From NCBI RefSeq assembly GCF_018350175.1, contig NC_058368.1, positions 187,800,001 to 187,864,000 of the forward strand: 64,000 nucleotides of DNA. The letters are read 5' to 3'. Below the pieces are notes generated by a model. That model ran no database searches. It was not told the DNA's origin and saw only the letters and a program-made list of their open reading frames with translations. Source of the DNA: Felis catus (Eukaryota). Positions 26,550 through 39,009 of the stretch are shown in pieces. A program made the translations under genes and the position numbers. How positions within the stretch are numbered: position 1 is the stretch's first letter; the number at the start of each line of letters is the position of its first letter.

Positions 26550-26720
26550 CTGAAATTTACTAGCTGAGTGACCTCTTTGTGCTTCAATTTATCTCTAAAA
26601 TGGGTGTAATAGTACCTACTTCATAGAAATAGCATAAGGATTAAATGAGATGCTATACTAAGGGTTTGTACTAGGGCCTGGTACACAGGTGCTCAATAAT
26701 TGTTAGCTATGATTATTTAG
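26550..26720 (+). mobile_element. MIR
   Basis: taaaatgggtgtaatagtacctacttcatag...aggattaaatgaga. Confidence 0.7.
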
Positions 26721-27539
26721 AATTTCATTTTTTTACTCTCCTTAATACTGTCAGCTTTTCTCTCCTCCCTCTGTCGGCAATCGCAGTGCCTACAACCTCT
26801 TCTGGAGAATAGGCTGATTCTGAGGTGCAATCTGAAATAAATGGCTTCAGTAGATTCTTCTAGACATAACAAATGAAGGGACTTAAAACGAGAAGAGCGT
26901 TAAGGTGGGAGCATTAGGACACTGAAAAGAGTTTTTGAGCCTGTGGCAGAGAGCCCAGGAAAGAAAAAGGTTTAAGCAAGGAACCAGGTGCGTCCACTTT
27001 CCAGTGAATTTGGAGACAGCAAACAATGTTCACATGTAAGCCCCTAAATGCCTCAGGACTGCTCTTTGGAACATTCATCAGCTGAACACAGTATGCATGG
27101 TGTCCCTCCTCTTTTCATTAGCATTTTCCTACTTTGAAAAAAGTAGGTGCATTGTTCCTAGAAAGTGGAGAGAAGTCAAGGAAAACACTCCTGTGTGTGG
27201 GCTGGAGTGTCTGTCACGGGGTTATGGAGAATGTCTTGCACATCATTCTATCTCCAACACCTAGCACGGCTCCTACCCTAGTAGGAGCTCAAAACATGTT
27301 TGAAGAATTATTTTCAAACTTTAGATGGCCTTCCAAAGAAGCTTGTCGTGCCTACACGCTGCCGCAAGCAGGTCCGCGCCTAGAAATAACATTTATTCTA
27401 AGGGCCTCCGCGCAGGGATTCTTGGGAAGCTGTTCCCCTCGCATACTCCCCTTACTCCTCCCCTCGGTCGCCTTTGAAAGAACTAGCACGCTACGTGATT
27501 CTCTCCTTTATCCCACCTCTGAAAGCCTGACTGATAATG

Positions 27540-27940
27540 GGCAAGAGCGTAGACCAACCATAAAACTTTATTTCCTCTTCCAGCCAATAGAAAGAGGCGA
27601 CAAGTATGTGGCTCAGCTTTTGTGACTTCCCTCGTCCCCTCACTCCTCCTCTAAGATTCAACATTTGACAACTCATCCCGCCAATGAGAAGTTCCTACTC
27701 TGCATGGGAGGGAGGGACTGACTGGGTGATAGACGCCCGCACCTGGCCAATGGAGTATCACAAGTGCGGGAGGGGTATAGGGCGCAACCAATGGCGCGGT
27801 GCCAATAACGAGCAGTAGGGAAAGGGCGGGACGAAACTGTTCAAGGGAGGGAGGGGAAGGCCCAGGGAACCAAGCAGCGCTGCTGCCGCCGCTGCAGCCC
27901 GAGCTGGAGGAGGGAGAAGCCAGGAAGAAAATGGCGGCCG
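27540..27940 (+). promoter_or_regulatory. TATA-less PWWP2A promoter: five CCAAT boxes, a GC box and a YY1-type motif over the ATG
   Basis: CCAAT at 27584, 27681, 27747, 27788 and 27802; GGGCGGG at 27824; AAAATGGCGGC at 27928. Confidence 0.75.
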
Positions 27941-28885
27941 TGGCTGCAGAGGCGGCAGCGACTGCAGCGTCCCCCGGGGAGGGGGGCGCCGGCGAGGCCG
28001 AGCCGGAGATGGAGCCCATCCCCGGCAGCGAGGCTGGCACTGACCCCCTCCCGGTCACGGCGACTGAAGCATCTGTGCCGGACGGCGAGGCCGACGGGCA
28101 GCAGTCTTCTCCCCAGGCCGACGAGCCGCCGCTCCCGCCGCCACCGCCGCCGCCGGGGGAGCTCTCCCGCAGCCCGGAGGCGGCGGGGCCAGAGCTGGAA
28201 GCTGAGGAGAAGCTGCCCGCTCGGGTGGCGGAGCCGGCGGCAGCCGCGCCTCAGGGAGGGCCCGAGCTTCCACCTTCCCCTGCACCGCAGCCCGAGCAGC
28301 CCCCCGCTCCCGAGGAGCGCCAGGAACCGCCGCTGCCCCAGCCCGCAGCCCCGGCGCTCGTGCCGCCGGCGGGCGGGGACTCCGCGGTGTCGCAGCTGAT
28401 TCCCGGCTCGGAGGTGCGGGTCACGCTGGACCACATCATTGAGGACGCGCTCGTCGTGTCGTTCCGTCTAGGGGAGAAGCTCTTCTCCGGTGTCCTCATG
28501 GATCTGTCCAAAAGGTACTGCGCCCGCCCCAGCACGCCCCCAGGCCCGCTTGGTCCCTGGGGAGGGAGCGAGCCGGGACGACCCCTGCATCCCCGGCTCC
28601 CGCCGCCTGCACGCCCTCGGGTCCCGTGCGGCGCGGGGCGCGCGCTCCGAGTGGGGCATCAGCGCGAGCCCGGGAGAGGGCGGTCCCTGCCCCAGGTGGG
28701 CGCCTGCAAGGGCAGGTGTGTCACCAGGTGGGGGACGCGGGTGCCTGACGGGCTCGCGGAGCTCATCCCTCACCCCTGAGCCCCGTCCCTGACGTGGCCC
28801 TGGTGTACCCCCTCTGGGGGCTGGTGGGTTAACGCGAAATGCGGGAGTTTTGCGGAGAACCTGGTGCGGGGGTGGGGGGACGTTG
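27730..28885. promoter_or_regulatory. CpG island over PWWP2A exon 1
   Basis: Very high GC and CpG density relative to the flanks. Confidence 0.92.
27931..28514 (+). CDS. PWWP2A: PWWP2A coding exon 1 (MAAVAAEAAATAASPGEGG...FSGVLMDLSK-R; Pro-rich N-terminus)
   Basis: ATG at 27931 (AAAATGGCGG) inside a CpG island; translation matches the mammalian PWWP2A N-terminus as I recall it; donor AAAG|GTACTG at 28514/28515 is phase 2, compatible with exon 2. Confidence 0.95.
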
Positions 28886-29564
28886 CTTGTGGGGCACTTT
28901 TCTTCTTAACCTTTAACGAGGTTGAAAAAAGGGGTTGTGCGTTGGGGTCCCCAGAAGGTTAACTGTCACTCCTTATAGGGGGAAGAGTATTTGTTAGAAA
29001 TGAACCTCCAGACTGTTTTTCTTACTGTTAGAACTAATTCTCACTAGATAACTGTGCAATAGGGAAGCACATTTGGCTAATTGAAGTGATGGTTTTAAGA
29101 AAAGCCTAAAGAAGAGAGATTTTTTTTTTTACCCTGTAATATCAAGATGGTGTGGTATAAAACTGTTCAAATATTGACTTCTAATACTGTAGATAATAGT
29201 ATAAATTTATGTATTAAGGGCAAGAAGGTTGAGTTCACCCATAAGCCATTGTCTTAGTCATTTTCATCTCTGATTTAAAATGTTTAAGGGCATTGCTTTA
29301 AACAGGTAAAGAAGGTGTTCTAAGTCTAGAGTAAAGTTAATCTTTTTATTCTCTTCTTTTGCAGATATGAAGTGCAGAGACTCCCATTCACGGCTCTCCA
29401 TTCTGTTTCCTGCAACAGCACACACTCTGACGGGTATCTCACCTGTTTGGAAATGGCTTATTTTAATATGTTTTATTTTAAATTTCTTGTCCTCCCATCA
29501 AGATACCAGAGTCCTTTTCCTATTTGGGAGAAAAAAAAAAAAACATTTAAAATACTGAAAGCGC

Positions 29565-29598
<34 letters not shown>

Positions 29599-31649
29599 AT
29601 GTTGAAGTAGGGTGTTTGGGCAGGGGGGAAGATGGGAGCTGGAGCCTTTACAATTAATTACTTCTGTACATTGTGTAATCTCAAAATTTTTTTTTTTTTT
29701 TTTTTTTTTTTTGGAGAATTTTGGATTAGGACTTTTTGCACTTTTGTTTTCATAGTTAGAAAGCAGAATAAGACCAGTGTGCTTTCTACTGATGCGTTTA
29801 ATAGTGAAGGAGAGAGACTCAGTAGTGTGTATGCTATTGAATCAAACAGAAATGAAGGCCAGTGATTGTGTGAGAATCTGGATTTCAAATCTGCAAAAGG
29901 AAGGTGCAAAAAGGTAAGTTGTTCCTGGCAATGGAATGGATAGTGCTTTTCTCTGTTGAGGTGCTCATGGTGTTGGTGTTTTATTTTATTTTAAAAAATT
30001 TTCTTTGATAGGAAGTTGCAATTTGTTGTTTGAGTTCTACTGTGCTAACCATGCTTCTTATGGACAGCAATTTCTTTGCTTGGAGGAGGTATTTTTATTG
30101 CAAACCTTTTGCATTTTAATGTTTTAAAGTGAAAGGATTCTGTCATTAAAGTTTTTTTTTAAAAGGTCGTTAAGGAAACCATATCAATCTTTCAACAAAT
30201 ACTTATTGAACACATCTGTGACTAAGGCACCGCTTAGTGTTTTGAATGTTATGAGATACAGTCCCTGCCTTCTGGAAGCTTATATATGGGAGGTAGCCGT
30301 TATGGAATTGGTGAGGAAATAACAGAGTTTTTAAAATTTAGCACTTGAAGGAATTATTATTGGACAAATGATTGACTAGTTGGGTATCTCTTTTTCATAA
30401 TATAATTTGGAAAAATGGATCTGTCCATATATTTTGTAATCTGTGCTTTACCTTGATTGCATACTTGCATGTGCAGTTTGGGGTTAACTGATGATCCAGG
30501 AGATAGTCTTCATAGATTATACCATGACTATAGTAATCAGCTGCTTTAAAAACAGTTTGTATCCTATTTGAATTGGCTGTTTAATTAAACCTTTGGCTAA
30601 AAATAACAAGAACTTCCTATTGCGTGCTTATTATGTACCAGGCATTGTACCACTTGTTTTAGTCTTTATAACTCTGGTGGTATTTTTCATTTATATAGGA
30701 GGAGATTGAAGTTCATTTAATTTGGCCAGTCACTGCGCCTATGGCAAAGTAAGGATTCAAGTGTAGGTTGATCTGATTCTGAAGCCTATACATTTTCTAT
30801 TTTCATATTAGAAAGTTGGGCTGGCAAATTTTAAACAGTAAAGAATTGCAGATTTCTGAAATTTAGTGCCTATCTTGATTTCAGTAGTTACATGGGATAA
30901 TACAGAGGGTATGAGTGTTGGAGCCAAGCAGATTCTTCAGTCGGGTAATAGCCATGAGACCCTTCTGCTCTGCACCTTCCCCATTTCCTTAGCTGTAAAT
31001 TGCAGAACACAAAGCAGTCTCTGAAGTCTTGGTTCTTGTTCAAGGAGACAGGAAAGAATTACATTTGGGAGACTCCGAAGTGCCTCAATGTATGTGCATG
31101 GTTTTCTTCAATCTTTAAAAGGGCCAGTTAATGCTTTTGATTATTTTATTCTGACATTATGAATGGTACAGAAATGTCTTTTAACGTTGGAAGAGTTGTT
31201 CACTGTGTAGAAAAGTGTTCAGTCCTAGTGTACAGCTTTTCATATATATGGATTGATCCGGAGTCTGCTTTTGTAAGCATTTGATGTTCTTCACCCTCCT
31301 GTCATTGTATTATTTTTTGCCTTATTTTTAGTTATTGAAGAACACATTTTTGAGGAGAATCTTTTTTGTGGAGAAAAGGAATAGGACACATGTGATTGAA
31401 AAAGAAAAAAGAGAGTGGTAGTACCACTTACTGAAAAGTAGATTGATCTGGGCAGAGTGTCAGAGTAATTGGGGTCTGACTCCTGGCGCCAGGCTTTCTA
31501 GTTAACACTGTAACTTTGGGCAAATCTTTATGCTTCTTTGGGCTCCAGTCTGTAGTCTGTGAGGATAATTCATTTTGACTTTAGGCAGTTCACGAACCCA
31601 AACATTAAACAAACTTCATGCCTCAGTTTATGTATTTGTGTAAAATAAA

Positions 31650-31759
31650 TAGGGTGACCAGGAGGTCTGGTTTTCCTGTACCACCCCAGTTTGATTACTT
31701 CCTCCTCATATCTTCAAAGTAGCTTGCTTTGGCTACTATTTAAATGACATGGTCACCTA
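31650..31759. mobile_element. MER94-like hAT-Blackjack MITE
   Basis: Terminal inverted repeats tagggtgacca ... tggtcaccta. Confidence 0.6.
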
Positions 31760-34700
31760 AAAATGAAGATACTTGAATATCTGGTTAAAAACTGCTTTTA
31801 TGTAGCTTAGGATTTATGAAACTGAATACCCTTTCAGGCATTCTTTAGTTTATTCTAGGTTCCTCCACTGTTGTTTTATACCCAGCTCTCTTAGGTAGTT
31901 TAAATTACATGCCTACTCCTGATTTCATTAGCAATATGTAATGACAATAATCTAATACTAGCAGATAAAAATAATCAACTAACCCACAAATTCAGTTTGG
32001 TTTTCTTACTCCCTTTTCTTCCTTAATCTTAAGTAAGCTTTTGAAATTTTGACATAAATACATTTGTTTCATTTAGCATTATATAATAAGCATTCCTTCA
32101 GGTTGCTAAACTGTCTTAGTGATTATTTTAGAATAATAAATCAGTGGTTATACCATAATTTTCTTTTGTATTTTATTATGGGAAATGAACCTCCTTGTAT
32201 GTATCATTCTTGCTTTGACGTTTATCAATTCTTAGTCACACTCCTTTCATCATATGCGCACCTCCACTGGATTATTTTGAAGCAAATTCTAAACTTATTT
32301 CTTTACCATAAGAATTTTGGTATAGATCTCTGAAAAGATAAGGACTTTAAAACCATAATTGTACTGTTGTTACCACAGCCCAAATAATGGCAGCAGTTCC
32401 TTTCTATTATCCTGTGGCCAGTCAGTGTAAAAATTTCATAGTGCATCTCAAAATTAACATCTCAGTCAGTATCTAAGTTTTGTTCAAATTAGGATCCAAA
32501 TAAAGTTTATACTTAGTAATTGGTTGATGAGTTTCATAAGTTTTTCTTTGGTAGTTCTCTTGCCGTTACATTTATTCCTTTGCAGTTTATTTGTTAAACC
32601 ATTGACTTTGGCAGAACTTTCCACATTCTGGATTTTTTTTCCAGTTGCATCCCATTGGATGAATTTTCATGATTTTTAAAAGTAGTTCTTTTCCTTCAGA
32701 GCAAACTGAAGGTGCACCAGCCACAGTCCCCTCAGGACCACTTTTGAAAGCCTCTCTTCCCTAGTTTGGGTCAGTAGAAATGATACAGGTATCACTTGCC
32801 TGCTAGCACACTGTAGACCTATCGCTTAAACACACTTTCAACTTTAATAATTCCAAATATAGAAAAATTTAACCAGTGAAGATTTTCTGCAGAGGGCAAA
32901 AGGCTGCAGCCCCAGTTTCTGAAAACGTAGTTTCAGCCTTCTCAATCCCTACCTGAAGGAACAGTATATACCGGGACCTATGGTTTCTAACTACACAGAG
33001 GGATCATTTAAATTGTTTATTACTGCTCTCCACATCTTAAAAAGTAGTTCTAAAGCTACTTTGAAATCCTGAAAAATCTCTCTGAATTCCATTTTATTTG
33101 ATCTGATATGAATTAAGGAGTCATGAAGTAAATGTTTATGCTTAAAAACCCTGTGCATTTTAATTTTGTGGTACATGCTTATTAAAAGTTGCAGCTAGTT
33201 ACATTTTAGACTTGACCTTTTACAAATATTGACTTGTGTGTGTCTATGGGGTACTGTTGCATTAAAAAGAATTGAGGTGATTTCTTTAAAAAACTTCAGA
33301 TTTCACTAAGTTCTTAAAACAGTTTGTAGAAAATTTATTTGTTTTTTTTAAGGAAATATAAACCAAGACAATGATTTTCTTTCTTTACAGAGACCATGAA
33401 ACGTATGGTGCAATAGCTCTACTTTTGGTGGGAAAAATATACAGCCATTCTGGTGAAGCAGTGAGTAGTGGTATTAGTAGCTTATATTAAGCATCCAGGT
33501 TGAGAATTTAGGTCCTGAAGTAGTATGCTTGAATGCTTGTGTTGAGTTGTACGTATTTAAAACACTTAAATTTTTATTTTATTTATTTATTTTTTTGGTG
33601 ATTATACTGCTTATATCCCAAGGTGTTGATAAAAGGTTCCCACAGTAAGATAGCACAGAGGCAAGTGCCAACTACTTTCTGACCCAGACAGTTTTAGGAC
33701 ACCCACTACTAAATCAATATATATGTTGTATTGAGAGTGCGCTCTTCCATAGCATGTTGGACTGCAAGGATTTTCTTTTTAAGAGGTGATAATTGTTGGA
33801 CATTAAAGACTTAGTTTGAGTGTAAAGAATCCTGTAACATCATGCTATTAAAAACAGATTTTAAAGCTAAATTTTATAAACTAGATAAACTAGATGTAGA
33901 CACAAACTATGCCAGGCGTGTTTTATTGGACTTGGGGTTTCTAATGAGGCTAATTTTCAGCCTTTTATATGTAAGACAGACCATACTTCACTATATACTG
34001 TTTTAAAGCAAAGTTGTTGATGAAAATCGGCTTAATCTTCCTAAGATCTGTTTTTCTGTGGGGAGCTATTAAAGAGTTTGTGTAGTATGTGCTCATCTTC
34101 TCTGTTATGGCTGAGTTGATGTCACATTGATTAAAAAAAAAGTTCTTCATAGTTATTTGTGCCTATGAAGTACATCCTTATTTCTTGATATTGGCCCTGT
34201 TCTTCCTAAATTCCAGATTGATTCAGGCACATATTACCAGCAGAACAGAGCTTGTTCTAGTTAGTGTCTGATCTTGCAAGAGAGTAAGTGGAGGTTAAGT
34301 TACACTGGGTGGATTTAACAGAATGTTTTTGCTAAACATGTTGGGCAGTGGTTCTCCAAACAAATGTGCTTAAGCTCCAATTTGCAGTTTTAACCAAGAT
34401 GATTCTGATGCAGGTGATTCTTGTACCATATTTGGAGATAACTAATATTTAAGGAGTGATTTTGCCAAAATAGTAGGACCATAAATTTGTTAAACCTGTT
34501 TTAAAAGTTACTGGTTAATTTTGATTGGGATGTAATTACAAAGTAAGCAGTACATGTGGAGATGGGCCACTTGGGTGGCAATTCTAGATCCTTAGTATAG
34601 AACTGGCAAATAGGTATCCTAAATCTGGTTACCCACTAGAAATTTAGTAGTCTATAACTTTTATCTTTTTTCCTTGGACCAGTTTTATATAGTCACCTTA

Positions 34701-35203
34701 AAATAGAATAGTGGTTTTTAGCCTTTTAAAACTCATGCCTCTGAAATATTTGATTTCACTGTCTGCATATTCCCATCTTCTAGGAAGGTTGCCAATCTTT
34801 ACTTTCTGTAATTAACAGTAGCCACTATGTATTTCCCACTCTTAAACTAGGTCCTAGGCCAAGCACTTTGTATACATTGTTTTCACTTGCCTCTCTGGAA
34901 AATCCAATGAAGTAAATTCCGCTAATCCCCATTTCACAGATAAAGACACTAAGGCTCAGAGAGATTAAATAAATTGCCTGAAATTCTAAGTGGTAGATAT
35001 TAGTAGGTAGTTTACAGATGTCCTTTTTGAACAATACGCAATTCTCTAAGATCGGAAAACAATCATGGTCTAAATCTAACACACTTCACTGTTTTTATCA
35101 TTACCATTTAGCTTATGATTTTAATGGGGTGGGTAGAAATGATAGATGCCTTGTTCTTCTCTCAACCGGGCAATAGTTGCTTGCTTTTAAAGTATGAATT
35201 GCT

Positions 35204-35632
35204 GGGGGGGTGGGTGGTGCCAGGTGGCTCAGTCAGTTAAGCATCTGACTCTTGATTTAGGCTCAGGTCACGATTTCAGTTCAGGTTTGTGAGTTCGAGC
35301 CCATGTCGGGGCTCGGTGCTGACAGCGCAGGGCCTGCTTGGGATTCTCTCTCCCTCTTGCTCTGCCCTTCTCCTGCTTGTGTGTGCGTGCTCTCTCTCTC
35401 AAATAAGTAAACTTAAAAAAAAAAAATGAATTGCTTGGGGCGCCTGGGTGGTTTGGTTGAGTGTTTGACTCTTGGTTTCTCCTGGGGTTGTGATCTTAGG
35501 GTTGTGGGTTCGAGGGCTTCACATCAGGCTGCGAGCTGAGGGTGGAGTGGAGCCTTCTTGAAATTACGTCTCTCTTGCGCCTCTCCCTGGCTTGCTCTGT
35601 CTCTTAAAAAAAAAAAAAGGGAGGGGGGAGGG
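35204..35632 (+). mobile_element. Two tandem Can-SINEs sharing a target site
   Basis: (at)gaattgct at 35194, 35426 and 35633. Confidence 0.88.
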
Positions 35633-36054
35633 GAATTGCTCTTCACTCCAATTTAGTGAATACTTTGGGCATTTTTGGAAATGGGGTTGCTTCATATATG
35701 GTCCTGGGATGTTTTGCCAACTACTGAATAGCTTAATTGGAAAATAATTTGAAGACTAAAATATTGTAAGTTGTTGGACAGCCAGTTTTTGCTAAAATAC
35801 GAATAGAAAAATAAATTGAATAAATTGTCTTAAAAAAGTCAGAAATCATTTAGGCCTCTGTGTGGTGGACCCCATTAGACATAATAAAAAAGAGATATTA
35901 AAAGTACTTAGAATTCATAATAGAAAGTTTGCAAACTGATGACTGCTCACATTAATGAAAAGGATCCTTTGATACCAGTGTTCATTTTCTTGGGAAAATG
36001 TCAACTGTGTTGCTCCACGTGATGTATAAAAGTGAAGTCAAGATTTGTCTGCTC

Positions 36055-36529
36055 TTGAGTGGTGTTGAGCAGCCGACTTGACACATGCTTCCTGAGTTCC
36101 GAGCCCTTCACTGGGCTCCCTGCTGTCAGCACAGAGCCTGCTTCGAATCCTCTGTCCCTCTCTCTCCCCAGCTTGTGCACGCTCTCTCAAAAATAAACAT
36201 TTAAAAAAAAAATCAAGAGTTTACTATTAAGGAGTTAAATAATTTGACTACCATACAGATGTTATTACTATTTTTACTTTGAAGAAGACTGAAGCATATG
36301 GGCGCCCGGATGGCTCAGTCAGTTAAGCTTCTGACTTCAGCTCAGGTCATGATCTCGCAGTTTGTGGGTTCGAGCCCTGCATCAGGCCCTGTGCTGACAG
36401 CTCAGAGCCTGGAGCCTGCTTGGGATTCTGTGTCTCCCTCTCTTTGCTGCTCCCCTGCTTGCACTATGTGTGTCTCTCTCTCTCTCTCTCTCAAAAATAA
36501 ATAAACATTAAAAAAAAATTAAAAAAAAA
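36055..36529 (+). mobile_element. Two Can-SINEs (36055-36212 degenerate; 36299-36529)
   Basis: The second has TSD aagactgaagcata. Confidence 0.88.
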
Positions 36530-38117
36530 GACTGAAGCATAAGTTTATCCATAGTTCTCTCCATCTTTATTTCCAAACTTAGTTATCCAGGTAGGTTTTT
36601 AGAGGATTGGTTGAAGGTACATGATTGGGAGCTTAAAATCGAAATTATTAGTGTTTAACTCCCTGACCCTTCCAAAAGCTATCCATATTTTATAAGAGGG
36701 TTGAATAGACTTTTCAAAGATTGAGTATATTTTTTTTAATTTAGATGTTATTTAAAAATTTTTATGCAGCCTCCCTCCCTACCAGTTAATTTTAAAAGAT
36801 ATTTCCTGGGATTCTAGTTCATAATTGGTGCATGTTTTGTTTTTCTGTTGCTAAAGTCATCCTCCCTCCCTCCTTGCCCATTTGGGTACCCATAGTCCCT
36901 GCAGATTGCTCTTTTAATACTTGTAGTTTTTAATTAAAAACATGATCCATATTCACTTATATTTAATAAAATGAAAACATTTTAACTTTAATAGTTACCA
37001 TATATTGTGCCTACTTATTATGTTCTAGGCCCTAAGGTGAGCGATTATGCATATTCTCAATTAATCTAGATGACAGTTCTTTGAAGTTACTTAACTGCAG
37101 TTCCAGTATCGAAAAAGCTCTTAAAACTGAACTTTTTTGTTACTTTTTTGGTGACTATTTCATCTATTTATCTATCAAACCTTTACATCTACTTATCCCA
37201 TTTAGTGTGAATTTTCTTTCATTTCATTGCTGAAGTATTAATATGCTTGATGATAGGCTGCTTGTTATCTCAAAAACCAGAAAAATTCTGAACTGGGAAG
37301 CCTGTCTATCTCCACAGGGTTCTGAAAAGAGCGTATAGAGCTGTCAGCTCCTCCTCTCCCTTAGTGGGGAGTGGAGGTGGAAGAAAGAGGATAAGTAACT
37401 TGATGAAACGGAGGTAGTGGTCGTAGCAGCAGCAGTGAGGAACCTGACTTTGGTTAACTGCACGGATTCATGTGCTGGCTCTACTACGTACCAGCCGTGT
37501 GATCGTGGGAAGATCACTTAACCCTGTCTAAAATGGGGACAGGTCTAACACTTCACTAAAAGCGTTGTGGTGATGAAATCAATTAGTGAAAATAAGTATA
37601 TATTAGAATAGTTGTTAGCATATAGTAAGTGCTATATGTATTAACTAAGTGGCAGATGTAAGCAATATGGTTTCACTTGACTAGACACTTACCGTAAATC
37701 CTGTTATGTTGCAGTGTAATCTTTACCTTTAAAACACCTTAAAAGGACCGTAGAAGCTTCAGGTGATATCTGTGACGTATAACTTGGCCTTTTAATAAAG
37801 AAGAGTGACAGTTACATTTTACTAGGGAATGAGTAAGTAGGAGATGCTTGCAAAATATATGGTGTGGTGTATTTTTTTTTTACGCACTGTCGCTCGGGGC
37901 AGATGGCATTTGAGGAAATTTTGGGCTTTGTCATGAAGAAAAAGATACAGTCTCAGAGAAATTTAGTCCTAGTGTTTCTACTTACTATATGCTTTTAAAA
38001 CATTGAATAGGGCTTAGCTTTGAGAATGACATATTTCAGTGATGGAAAAGAATATAATTTTGTGCTTTTCTTTACACTTATTAAATGATAGAACAAGACT
38101 AGCATGGCTGAGCCTGT

Positions 38118-38575
38118 TTTTATTTTTTTAAATTTGAGAGAGGGAAAGCACAAGCAGGGGAAGAGCAGGGGGGGGTGGGCAGGGAGAGCTGGACCTTGGT
38201 CCTGTGACTGTGAGATCATGACCCTAGCTGAAACCAACAGTCAGTTACTTAACTGACTGAGCCACCCAGGTGTCTCTGAGCTAAAGTTTTATCAAAATGA
38301 TGGAGACACTTCTGATCCCATCACTGTACAATCAGAAGCCTTCATTGGTCTTGTCCTTTTGGGGGGGGGGGGCAATTAAAAAAAATGTTTAGTTTTGAGA
38401 GTGTGAGTGGGGGAGTGGCAGAGAGCAAGAGAGAGGGGCAGAGAGAGAGAGAGGATCCAAAACAGGCTCTATGCTGACAGCAGAAAGCCCAACTCAGGGC
38501 TGGAACTCAGGAACCTCAAGATCATGACCTGAGCCAAAGTCAGATGCTTAGTGGACTGAGCCATCCAGGTGCCCC
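38118..38575 (-). mobile_element. Two antisense Can-SINEs (38118-38276, 38385-38575)
   Basis: gactgagcca(c/t)ccaggtg ends. Confidence 0.87.
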
Positions 38576-38826
38576 TTTCTTGGTTTTGTTTTAAGTGACT
38601 AGTTTTCTCCCTTCACCATCCTCTCACCGAACTTTCATAGCAGTGCCCTCCCTCATGCACAGTGTCTCCGGCATGCGTTCTCTTTCCGCCAGATGGATTA
38701 TCTTTGTTATTGCCTGTGTAAGCTGAATTCTTACCTCTCTCCTATGGAATAGGGAATCAGGTTGCTCTGTGGTGACTCCTAGTGCATCTGGTCATCTGCT
38801 GATTTTTTTGTGACACCTGTTCACTG

Positions 38827-39008
38827 TTTCTCTCTTTCTCTCCTTCCTTCCTTCCTTCCTTCCTTCCTTCCTTCCTTCCTTCCTTCCTTCCCTCCCTCCC
38901 TCCCTCCCTCCCTCCCTCCCTCCCTCCCTCCCTCCCTCCTTCCTTCCTTCCTTCCTTCCTTCCTTCCTTCCTTCCTTCCTTCCTTCCTTCCTTCCTTCCT
39001 TCCTCTTT
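38827..39008 (+). repeat. (TTCC)n(CCCT)n(TTCC)n compound polypyrimidine microsatellite
   Basis: Seen directly; abuts the tail of an antisense SINE. Confidence 0.97.
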
Positions 39009-39009
39009 C

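Noticed and set aside
27799..27930. Open in-frame upstream stretch with CTG codons (possible N-terminal extension)
   Set aside because: Only 44 GC-rich codons overlapping promoter motifs; openness is expected by chance and there is no supporting evidence
27651..28773. Several antisense ORFs over the CpG island
   Set aside because: Stop-poor GC-rich shadow frames of the real exon
27799..28779. 326-aa ORF taken as a complete protein
   Set aside because: It is PWWP2A exon 1 with a GTG-started extension through the promoter and read-through past the donor at 28515
32700..32788. Possible cryptic exon (ttttccttcag|...CAG|GTATCA) in intron 1
   Set aside because: Weak donor, no recognisable coding signal, and such motif pairs are frequent by chance
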